Assembly (NCBI GenBank): GCA_910592345.1
Contig: CAJVPI010000319.1
Location: forward strand, 1 to 35,582
From: Paraglomus brasilianum
Taxonomy: Eukaryota
Length of the DNA stretch: 35,582 nucleotides
Reading direction: 5' to 3'
How positions within the stretch are numbered: the stretch's first letter is position 1; each line of letters begins with the position of its first letter. The position numbers and the translations under genes were made by a program. Shown piece after piece: positions 1-18,508 of this stretch. The notes under the pieces were generated by a model. The model did no database searches. It saw nothing but the letters and a program-made list of their open reading frames with translations, and was not told the origin of the DNA.

Positions 1-853
1 TTTCCGAACATGGGTACGTACTTTCCAAGTGCCAACTTCTCCGAATACTACATGGTCATCAAGTTTTTTTTACGCCTTCTTACCATTGCGGATTGAGGTG
101 AGGTAGGCCCACATTTAATCTCTTAGACGTTAGAAATAAGCTTTAAAAGCTTTTAAAGAAAAAATCTCAACATCAAAGTAATAGTAGGATTATGGAAAAG
201 AGCGCTCATAAGAGCGAAAGAATATAAAAAATCAGATAATGTAATTTTTATTTATTTATTTTTTAATATGTAAGAACTGTTTTTATTAAGATTATTGTGA
301 GGTACGGATATTTTTGCACCGAACCATATATTCTATTTCGTAAGAAATGAATCACTAGAGGACTATAAAATTCGAACGAATAATACCACCCTCTCTCTCG
401 ATAAAGTCCAAGTCAAACTCCACTGAATAAAGTGATCGCTAATTGAAGTCTCATTACTGCTGTTCTGTTGGTGAAATAATTATTAAATGTCTGATATAAT
501 TACAGTCGTAACGTCAAAGCCTTAAAAGGAAGATTAAATGTTTGTCTATAGCGATGAATACATTAGGTAACTTAAATGTATATACATTTTTGCCAAACAA
601 GTAAAACAAATCGATTCTACAAGAGCCCCTCAGCTTGTATATATTATAATTTTTCGGGCCAAAATCTCGGGGACGGGTATCCTGTATGACAAATAGCGTA
701 CAACTTCATAAAGATCCAAAGTTACATTTCAATATTTTGCAACACACGCGTTTCGTGTATATATATATATATTTTTATTTCAAAGCCAGTTTACCGACAT
801 ATTGCGAATATTTTCCCGTTATCAACGACTGCTGAATATGAAACTAAATCAAC

Positions 854-1501
854 TTATTCCGGACAACATTTGACAAAATTAGGACCTCTGCATCTCCCCG
901 CTATTAAAGGTTTGGAACAAGTAGTCGAGTCCGTGTCGATGCAGGTACCTGGTACACCGTTGCATGGTGCCCCGACTGCAAAGAAGTCAGGATAAGTTCT
1001 CAAATCGTAGTTCTTATTGGGTAAGAAGCCAATGTTAAGAAGTTTCGCTGGACCAGTAGAGCCATAGCTGATGACACGATTTCCTCCAACATAAATAGCC
1101 GCATGACTATATCGACGGTTACCATATAGAACAACGTCCCCCGGCTGCGCATCATTTAAAGAGACCGGCATTCCGTTATCAGCCAGTCTTCCAGTATAGC
1201 CGCCAGCCCAATCTGCTCTGTTAAGATAATCAGGATAATATCCAAAGAGGCTCCAATATAACCAAGTAATAAAGGAACTGCAATCAGCATAAGGCGGTAC
1301 GTCATCTTCGGGACATATTCCATTATTAATTCCAGACCAGCGTCGTGGGTCTTGAGTGTAGTTGATGATTTTTCCGCTGGAAACCACCTTAAAAGCCGCC
1401 GCTATGAGACCTTCACGAGTTGCTGGAAATCCGGAACATTTTCTAGGATCCCCGCCGAATACGAGTGGAAGTAAAAGACAGAAAATAACAATGAGTTTCA
1501 T
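854..1501 (-). CDS. Secreted NlpC/P60-family (papain-like) putative peptidoglycan hydrolase with C-terminal 6-Cys module; single exon, 215 aa
   Basis: Uninterrupted ORF; signal-peptide-like N-terminus MKLIVIFCLLLPLVFG; NlpC/P60 motifs YADCSSF (catalytic Cys), AQPGDVVLY and HAAIYVGG (catalytic His); C-terminal C-x6-C-x7-C-x8-C-x7-CC. Confidence 0.88.
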   Translation of the reverse strand: MKLIVIFCLLLPLVFGGDPRKCSGFPATREGLIAAAFKVVSSGKIINYTQDPRRWSGINNGICPEDDVPPYADCSSFITWLYWSLFGYYPDYLNRADWAGGYTGRLADNGMPVSLNDAQPGDVVLYGNRRYSHAAIYVGGNRVISYGSTGPAKLLNIGFLPNKNYDLRTYPDFFAVGAPCNGVPGTCIDTDSTTCSKPLIAGRCRGPNFVKCCPE

Positions 1502-2056
1502 ATTGATTATGTATTGAACGTATCTGAGAAGTTGACTCTGCTGGAACGCGGGTATTTATCGTCAAGAGACGGTCACAGCTTTGTCGAACGATTTTGTCGA
1601 AGGCTTTGTTTTGATTTCGGACAAGCTCTTTTTAAGCTCCATCCGCCGGTGTCAAGCAATTGCGAACTAGACTTTATTTATCATGTTGCAGTACCAGAAC
1701 GTTAAATGTAGTAATATTTGCGTATATACTTGGACTATAAACGCTTGAATTTGTGTATATACTAAGACTATACACGCTAGACTTACCAATAATGGAAACC
1801 TCTTGTTTTTGCGTTTGTCTATTGCAGCTAGTAGAGCCTTATTAGTGATTAGCGTTCGGAACCAAAATTGAAAATTATTTCCATAAACCATGGACGATGT
1901 ACAGTATTAATTGACAACCGCTTTTGGGTGAAAGCACCAAAAAAATCCAATCGGCCGAAAATCTGAAACGGCTGAGCAAAACTGAAGTCATTACTGTTGA
2001 GTTATCAAAATGGTAAAGAAAGATGGGTGAGAAATTTACAATGGACCAAGGAAGTA

Positions 2057-2697
2057 CAGTAAAACCTTCATAAATGCAACGTCTTGGGACCGAATACTAT
2101 GTTGCATTTATGTACTTATGGAGGTTTCTTTAATAGGAAGGAGATTTAACGATTTGTGTCTATTAAACAGATTTCCCTTTATTATAAAAGTTACGTAAAA
2201 AATTTGGTTATTAATGTCCCTAATTGTTAACTAAGAGTTGCATGCTACTTTGTTTCATTAAATTTGTCCGTTTTTCGCGAATGAATTTCCCCAAACTTTT
2301 AAATAATCGCTCTGACTGTCTCTTGTTGAATTAGAAACATCCTTATGTTTTCTAAACTTTTTAATGCCTCATTAGCCACTTTCAGAAAGCTCAAAATGAT
2401 ATCTTCCTTTGGAAAAGACAAATACTCTAGCTTGTTTGTTGTCATTACATCAGGATTCAACCACGATGGATATAATGTTGTGATTTTTGTTAATATTGAT
2501 ATTAATAATCATTTTTCCGCAACAAATGACATTACGTGAATCACGTGAGTCGCACTTAGGGAAATAAATCTGTTGCAATTGCAGAAAACGGGGGGTTTGC
2601 ATTTATTCGCCAAGTGGGAATGAGCAAAATGCTGAGGATTGGAGGATTGCATTATGGGGGTTGCATTATGGGGGTTGCATTTATGGAGGTTTTACTG
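2057..2697. mobile_element. Non-autonomous pogo/Tc1-mariner-superfamily TIR element (641 bp) with TA target-site duplication
   Basis: TIRs CAGTAAAACCTTCATAAATGCAAC (2057-2080) and GTTGCATTTATGGAGGTTTTACTG (2674-2697), 23/24 match, with TA on both sides. Internal TTGCATT(T)AT sub-repeats. Minus-strand remnant KVANEALKSLENIRMFLIQQE...KRTNLMKQSSM resembles a pogo transposase C-terminus. Confidence 0.9.
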
Positions 2698-3524
2698 TAT
2701 TCCGATTCCATGTACCATTGTTACTTTATCTCTTCGTTAAATTTTATTGATGCTTTGTGTTAATCTTCTTTTGTGGGGTATAACTGAAGACGAGCAATTA
2801 GTGGGAAGTTGACAGAAAAGTAATCGATAAAGAGATTACATAGTAATAGTGAAACTCGATAGAGACCAATAGGATTCATCGTAACACGATTTCCTTTCAT
2901 GTATCCGCTTTACGGTTGTGCGACAAAAGTCGTTTTTTCGATCTACGGAAATTTGCTTTAAACTTTTTACCCAGCTTTGACGCTTTAATAATCAACTTTT
3001 TTTGATGTACGTGTATTTGATTAATGATTGTTTCACATTACTTGACAGATGATCAAAAAAAATTTTACATAATGTTTCACTTGAGGAATTCTTGCTGTAT
3101 TATATGCTTCTCATGTTCACTCAAAATGTATTATAATCGTTATTGCTAAGAATATAACAACTATTATCGTAGTTTACTGAATAAAATTGTTAGCAGTACA
3201 CAATTCGTCTCTTGACAGAATACAATTATGGAAGGCTTAGGGTGAGGTCAACTATTTTATTGTAAACGGCAGCCTCAATTTTTATTTGTCTTTATATTAT
3301 ATTCGTTTGCGTCTATCCGTTACCCATATCCATTATTAAACGATAAATAAGAATAGCGATTGTAACAATATCAATTAATTAAGAGCATTGTGTAAGATGT
3401 TTTTTAATCGGTATTCCTTGATAACCACTGTGTCAATCTTTATGCTTGTTAGTTTGAATGAACATAGCTTTATCGAATAACAATTAGTATGAGATGCGCC
3501 CACCATTGTGCTCAATAATTAATT

Positions 3525-3795
3525 TACTAAATTAATAAGAGTCGCTTCTGAAATATTTGCCATTCCTCTTCCATAACTTGCTTTAGCTTCTCACAGTTTT
3601 TTGGCGTCCTTCTCTCAAACATTATATTTAACGATACACCAAAGATTCTCTATTGAATTTAAATCAGGATTGTTAGATGCCCAATCCTTAGCAACTCTAC
3701 TTACATGCATGCTTGTCCTGCTGGAACTTCCACCTTTTATCAAGCATCTGATTGATTTCAGGAATATGTTGAGCTAAAATTTCAACATAAAATTT
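3525..3795 (-). mobile_element. Decayed Tc1-like DDE transposase fragment
   Basis: Minus-strand translation with frameshifts: FYVEILAQHIPEINQMLDKRWKFQQDK ... DWASNNPDLNSIENLWCIVKYNV ... LKQVMEEEW, matching the Tc1 motifs FQQDND and WPxxSPDLNPIENLW. Confidence 0.85.
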
Positions 3796-4501
3796 GCATT
3801 CTTTGGAAAAGTTATACGACGCGTTTTTAACAAAACGGAAAAAAAAAATACCTTTTTTTTTTGTTACTGTATGACACAATCTTACATTCCCGTACAAGTC
3901 ATCCAGTTCAAAATAGAGCTTTTAGAGCTTCAACTTAACGTTTTCGATTATTAGCTTAGCTCAGAACCTCAGTCTTGGCATTATTATTACTTAACTAGAA
4001 ACCAACATGCCGGATGGTATTATGGAGTTGAGCAACAGAGACGAACATAGGAAACTCTTAAAAATGTCTCGAAGAATTGTTGTTTGAATGAAGAAATTAT
4101 AATTTCATTACGTAGAGAATGATTTTTTTTATAGGTTTGGGCATTTTAATTTGCCAACGAGATTAAAGCGTAGAAATTATGTAGCAAGTCTTCGAACATG
4201 GTAGAGAATGCGTATATAGATAGGTATATAGCATACTGTACATAGTTAAGTCTTCATAATAAATTTATCTTATTTATTACATTACCCTTATATTGGCGTC
4301 CATGTTACTATCGTTACTTTTATCATAGTTTACAGTTGCAACCTGTTCGTTATCGTAAAGAGAATCAGCATTAATAACCTTCATCCTCGTAAACATTTGG
4401 ATGCTGTACTCTAATCTACCAAAAACAACATGGATTATTGTTGAAACCAGAATTATATCACTCAATTATGAGAAAGCATAAATTTGCCCAAAAAATGCAA
4501 C

Positions 4502-4605
4502 ACTGTTGAGTTATCAAAATGGTTACAATGGAACTAGGAAGTATTTCGATTCCTTTGTACCAGCTCTACTTTATCTCTTCATTCAACTTTATTGATAGCC
4601 TTGTG
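4502..4605 (+). repeat. Dispersed repeat; uninterrupted paralogue of the sequence flanking the 2057-2697 element
   Basis: ACTGTTGAGTTATCAAAATGGT...GGAAGTATTTCGATTCC...TACTTTATCTCTTC...TTTATTGAT aligns with ~1994-2056 joined to ~2698-2760. Confidence 0.85.
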
Positions 4606-5148
4606 GGAAGGAGATTATAAGTTTCACAAAAAGGGTAAACAGAATTTTAAAATAGCTGCAGTGGATTAGACAAAAACCAGGAATTAATCGAAAAACTTTA
4701 CAATTTCAAGCAGAATCGAAAAGCTAACACAGCAATTAGAAGCAATTACTAAGACTTATAACGAAGAAATTCTTGAACGACAAAAACGCAAGTAAGTCTT
4801 GTACTGTTAGATAAGCATCCTCTTGAAAACATAGGCTTCGTCCATAAGAGATCTGATTTTAATTAATTTCACTGTAGGAATTAACCTTTTACACGTTCAA
4901 GTACCCTATCACAGTCAATATAGTACAAAAGTGGCGTGCTAAATTTCCTGAAGCTAGTAGCTCTCTCTACAAAGCGTGAATATCACCTTTACTGTACTCT
5001 ATAGTGGTATTCCTTGTGGGCAAAATTACAGAATCAACAACTTGCAGGAAGATTATTAGAATTGTTAAGAATATACTTATTAAAGTTTACTACGGGCCAT
5101 AATGTCCCATTATGTTGCGAGTTGAAAGGATGCCTTACTATTATGTTA

Positions 5149-5920
5149 TTATTCTGCGGCACACCCACATTTGTATTTGTCAGCGACGGTAGAGCAATCG
5201 AATTCTTCTTTAAGTAATCGCCTGTTGACAATATTGTGCACAGCGCACGCCCACAGCGAAGCAGCTTCACGAGAAGAGACTTGTGGCGGATGCTTCTCGA
5301 GAATCATTTGAAATTCTTTTGCACTACAAGTGGATACCAAACAAATCGCATAAGCGAACTTGGTCGCATTTACCAAGCATATAAAAAGAGAGTCACGACA
5401 TACCACTCGCCACACGGATATAGTCTACTGAACAGGTAAATAAAACTTCGCAGTGCCGCTTTCTGATCTTTGGTAGGGCGTTCAGGAAAACGTGCCATCA
5501 TTGTATGTAGAAGCTATTGATCGTAAGGAGATAATTGTGGTGGGAAAGTAATCGGATGGTCGTTTAATAGACATATATATATATCTATGTTTTCTAGGGC
5601 GTGTATACGATTTTCCTACCTTCCAGCTGCTTCTACCTAATTCGGCTCTGGTCAACCAAGTGAACTTGTTAGCATTATCGCCAGCCAAACTAGTACGTTC
5701 AACTACACATTCCTTACTTTATCGTAGCGTTTCCTAACTTTGGCATGATTACTCCTCCATGGACAGTATTCTGGTCAACATTCTCACTCAAATGAGTCGG
5801 AAACTCTTCAGTATAGTTAATATTTTCCTGATATGTGCTGTTTAAATTGGAGTTGAAGTAAACTAGCGTGGGTATTATCACTAAGAAGGTAATAACAGTC
5901 AGGCCAACGATTCCTCGCAT
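5149..5920 (-). CDS. ERV2: FAD-linked sulfhydryl oxidase, ERV2-type (4 exons)
   Basis: Spliced product: N-terminal hydrophobic anchor, GGVIMPKLGNATIK|AELGRSSWK|LLHTMMARFP...SRLYPCGEC (CxxC, split by an intron), WACAVHNIVNRRL, C-terminal KCGC shuttle motif; GT-AG introns. Confidence 0.93.
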
Positions 5921-6139
5921 TCTGTGTAGATATGGATAGTTGCAGTTTGAAATAAAGAGTGAAAATGAAACAACCCGTATTTAAAACAGGGTTGACAAAC
6001 AAGAAACCCGTCTTGTATGATATTAATATTGAGTCATGTTCTCACCTCAATAGCTGGAAATTTAATACTTAATGTTACACCACTGTTGCACGCTTAATCA
6101 TTGTTATTCAAAAACTTTAACCATTACCTACTTCATATA

Positions 6140-10444
<4,305 letters not shown>

Positions 10445-10719
10445 TTACACGTTGAACGGGTTCAATGTTGGGTAATAGAGAATCTCCCACGGCAAGGATA
10501 GAGCGTGGCAGAATGCCATATTTGGGCGTTACTATAGAAAGAAACATTGTTTGTAATTATATTATTTATAAATAATAGGGGTGAAAATCATATTCCTTAA
10601 TTGGCATGAGGCGTTGTAATAAATGACGCGCCAACATATTTACGCGTTTGTAAAATAACCAATCAGAATGTGCATTGAATGTCGTGAGCATGAGTTCTTC
10701 ATTTCCAGAAAAGGGTTTA

Positions 10720-10773
10720 TCACGTGTGGTACACTGCACGCGGCAAAAAAAATATAAACTAAAATTTTTTGCA
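10720..10773 (+). promoter_or_regulatory. Putative URA7 promoter elements: E-box TCACGTGTG and RRPE-like AAAATTTTTTGCA
   Basis: TCACGTG at 10720-10726 and an A/T tract at 10761-10773, about 80-135 bp upstream of the ATG; functional role is inferred only. Confidence 0.3.
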
Positions 10774-10855
10774 AAATCGTTTCCTTCCCCGTTGTCAGCA
10801 GGGCAAGGAGGGCACCAAGTTTTAATAAAAGTCCACATTTCATAAGCAAATAAAA

Positions 10856-13583
10856 ATGAAATACGTTTTAATATTGGGTGGTGTAATCTCGGGCATTGGG
10901 AAAGGCGTTATTGCGTCCTCCACTGGGTTACTGTTAAAAACGTTAGGTTTAAAGGTGACTGCAATTAAGATTGACCCTTACATAAATGTGGATGCTGGTA
11001 CTATGAACCCTATCGAACATGGTAAGTTTTCACATCTCTTTTTTTCGGTTCTTGTTTGGGCTCTGTGTATAGTTTCTACGTTAAATAGATATGAAACGGG
11101 TAAAAGGTGTGATTCCTAGTATGTTCAGTTTGGATGAATGAACTAGACGCGTTTCTCATTCTTTTTGCTGTGGTCGGCATGTAAATTTTACTAAAGAGTT
11201 CTGTGTATATTCTTCTGTTTCTGGGGCTAACTCCTTGTGCTTTACCATCTCGCTTAGGTGAGGTGTTCGTTTTAAATGATGGAGCCGAAGTGGATCTCGA
11301 CCTGGGGAACTACGAAAGATTTCTTGATGTGACATTAACACGGGACAATAATATTACATCTGGGAAGATATTTCAGCATGTCATTGAAAAAGAGGTCGGA
11401 TTGCGTTCGATTATATATCAGTTTCCTATTCACTTGTCGAGAAATATTTATCTGAATTTGGTTCTGTCAAACAGAGGAGAGGTGATTACTTGGGGAAAAA
11501 CGTACAAACAGTCCCTCAAATAACCGATGCAATCCAAAACTGGATTGAGCGAGTTGCAAGGATTCCTGTGGACAAGAGCGGCGAAATACCAGACATTTGT
11601 ATAATTGAGGTTCGATCACTTGCTATATAATATATTTCTTTCGCTCAATTCCCAAGCAACTGCGAATGGATCATTTACAATCGCGCAATTTTTTGGGGTT
11701 TGTACTTTTAGTTGGGAGGCACAATAGGTGATTTTGAATCGGCTCCATACATCGAAGCATTGCGACAGTTTCAGTATCGAGTTGGACAGGAAAATTTCGC
11801 CGTCATTCAGGTTTCTCTGGTGCCGGTTCTTGGTGTAGTCGGTGAACAAAAGACAAAACCTACACAGGCTACAATCAGGCAGCTGAGAGCTTTGGGATTG
11901 AAACCTGATCTGGTGAATATGATATTAACTCTAGATGTAGTTGGAGTATGGCTCGTTGACGGGCAAATTAACAGTCCCCTATTAATCTAATGTTCAACCG
12001 ACTGATTACGCTGTCAGATCGCTTGCAGATGTTCTGAAGAATTGGAGGCTCGTGTTCGCTCCAAGATTGCTCTCTATTGCCGTGTGGAACTCGAACAAGT
12101 AATGACCATGGACGGTGTTCTGATTTGAGCTGTTAAACATACTAATTATAGTGTTTTGGCAGGTGCTATCGGTCCAAGACGTTGCATCGACGTATCATGT
12201 ACCACTACTACTTAAAGATCAGGGTATATTGAATTATCTGACGAAGCGTCTTAGGTTGGATTGCATCAGCATTACGCCTGAATGGCAGCGGAAGGGAAGC
12301 AATTTACTACGGTTTTGGAAGAAGTTGACTGTCGAGTACGTAAACGTTGAGCGGATTAGCATTTGAAAACGTAGATTCTTTTTTAGCTTATCACTTGTTG
12401 GTCTTTAGACACAGTCGCTCTCGGGAAACAGTTACAATCGTCCTAGTGGGCAAATACACTTATCTTCAAGATTCGTACATTTCAGTCGTTCAGGCACTCG
12501 AACATGCCTCAATAGAATGTGGACGTAAACTCGTCTTGAAGGTTTCCACTCGATATCTTTATTTTGTTGAACTGACGTGTTTGAATGCTATCTTGTGTCT
12601 TCATATTTATCTTGTATAATTCTATTTTTGAAGTGGGTAGAAGCTAGTGACCTAGAAGCTGAGATGAAAGAAACAGATGCTGCAAAATACGAAGCCGTAT
12701 GGAATACGATACGCTGTGCTGATGGAATACTTGTTCCTGGTGGATTTGGGAATCGTGGCACTGAGGGCAAAATTGCAGCTGTCAGATATGCCAGAGAGAA
12801 GAAGGTTCCATTTTTAGGTAAACCGTTTTCCATCTACCATGCCGCAACATGCGTATATGCGTGTGAGTAGCGTTTTACTTAGTTTTCTTGCATCTTGCTA
12901 GGTATTTGTCTTGGATTACAAGTAGCCGTTATCGAATTCGCACGTCATGTGTGTGGCATTGAAAACGCCAACTCGGAGGAACTAGATGCAGAGGCCGTCA
13001 ATAAATTAGTTGTGTATATGCCGGAAATCTCACGTACACATCTCGGTGGTACTATGAGATTAGGCTTACGACCGACGAGTTTTACCAAGGAGAGTGAAGG
13101 CTGGTGCAAGATCCGTACGTTTGGTTACATTTTCTCTTGGATTGAACAATGTTGCCAAAAGTGTTTTAATTCAAGCGTCTGTTTATAGGCAAAATATACG
13201 AATCACATCAGTCGATGGGCACCATAACAAAAGAAGGCAGCATGGTTGGAGTCAAAGAACGTCATCGTCATCGTTATGAAGTTAACCCAGAGTATATCCA
13301 CTTGTTAGCAGAGAATGGACTAATGTTTGTTGGACGTGATGAGACGGGAAAACGCATGGAAATAATGGAATTACCAGGTAAGATAAACGTTGAATTGTTA
13401 ACATCTAGTTCAATTGCATATTAATCGCCTTTTGATGCAGACCATCCGTTCTTCGTGGGAACCCAGTACCATCCAGAATATCTTAGTCGTCCACTACGAC
13501 CTGTGCCCACATTCCTTGGTTTTGTGGCAGCGTCTGCTGGATTGCCACTAAGTTCTCTATTCTCTAAACATTTACCAAATTGA
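10856..13583 (+). CDS. URA7: CTP synthase (11 exons)
   Basis: [74 protein letters not shown] (catalytic Cys), [15 protein letters not shown]; stop TGA 13581-13583. Confidence 0.97.
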
Positions 13584-13839
13584 GTGTTTTGTGCATCTTT
13601 AATAATCAATCGTAATAAGAATATAAAAGTTAAAAGTGATAGATTTTCACATCGAGACTCACATATTATCTCTACTAGAATTATTCTCCAAGTCTTGTGA
13701 TAATGTATTACAACAATAATAAAATTCAACATTCAAACATTATGCATAACTCTTTTCTGTATGACAAACAGATATTCACGTGTGTGAAAAAAGATCTCTT
13801 CGGATGATTTTCGCGTGAAATTTCTGTTATTTGATATTA

Positions 13840-16961
<3,122 letters not shown>

Positions 16962-18508
16962 TACAGCGGGAGACAAAAGTATTGCATAATCGTAATTTAT
17001 TTAATTTTTTATATGAAATAAAAAAACTAACTATTGGACCACTTAATTTATCAGTTGTCTAAATGATTACAATAAATTAGTACAAATTCAATTTCTGCTT
17101 TGGCGCATATGGAAAGTATTGCACAGTTTTATTTTAAGATATTGAAAATATTCGGTTTGCAGCTACGCGTTTAGAGCTAAATTTTGAGAACATTCCCACG
17201 GTCAGATAAACGCTCTCGAACGTCTTTAATTCGTGTATATATTACATGTGTGACCCACGCTGTTACAAATAATGCTCCAGGGAATAAAACTAAAATTTAA
17301 AAAAAGTGTTTATCGTATCAACGGAGCTGGCACAGTTATAACCTGGTAGCATTGTCGTACGATATTTTTTGATAGTCGCATAATTAATTAATATTACAAA
17401 TTTATTTATTTTTTTGCGCCACAACATATAAAACATGACCTCACCATCTGAGACTTGCTCCGACTCACCAAAAAATTCGAAACGAAAGAATAAATCTTAA
17501 TCGGTGATTATACATATCAGCTACTTTCCGTGTTTGGCCTATTATCCATTATACGTAATGATCTGATGCATCACAAACTATTTTAGGTTGTAGTGCTAAT
17601 TTGCGGAAATGCTTATTTTGTGCATCATTCTTACCTTCATGCATATTCAGATTCTATGTGATGTAAGATGCTAATAGGATGAACATTCACGTTATTACCT
17701 TGAATCCAGATAGTAATTCTCGAGCTCGTACCGAATTTTTTTTCCATAGAAAGAAATGGTCAAGGTTATTGTAGCATATCCAGTACAGTACCAAAAATTC
17801 TTTATGATAACTGGGCCTACAGAAACGCATGGAAGAACATCTATCATAATGATGTAAAATCTTTATCACGTCTCGAGAAGGAGAGTAAATATTCTAGCAC
17901 GCTCAGAGATCTGCCTAGACCGAGAATATAAATATTGTAAAAGAAAACCTTGTTTGAACAAAATTCAAAGTTCGAAAGTTCCTTAGCGAGACTCATTTAT
18001 CTATTATGCGCCAAAGCAGAAAATTGGGGTTTTTTATTATTCTGCTCATCTATGACACGTTATATTTCCGTTTAACAGTAAGAACTTACTGATACGCAAG
18101 TCAAAAGCGAATTGACAAAGCTGAAACGCCAGCGTCAACATAATGTCATTTCAAAAGGATGCGTACATGGAGTTTACGGATAGAAAAGGCTCAACAAAAG
18201 TGAAGAGTCTGGAATACATGTTGGTGATCTTACAAACATCAGTTACAGACCGCGCTCTTCTAATCTTTCGGTAGTAATGATGACTTAGACGATGGATAGT
18301 ACAATTCTTAGAATTTGCTTAAATATTAATAAAACTACAATATATTGTCGCTAACAATGAAATTTACGTGTCGTATTAATTTAACTATTCATTCTACCAG
18401 AGTACCTAATTTACTTTGTGTTTTCTTTCTTATTCGAATATTCGCGTTGTAAATAGTTTATATATATCGGACAATCAGTATGCAATACAATACTGGCTGC
18501 ACAGTTCA

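Noticed and set aside
4277..4800. Possible MULE or pseudogene fragments (HPNVY-like motif; lysine/glutamate-rich frame ending at a GTAAGT)
   Set aside because: Too short and broken to assign without a search.
16962..18508. Hidden gene or ncRNA between convergent AFG2 and BIO2
   Set aside because: No convincing ORF, splice pattern or RNA motif found by eye.
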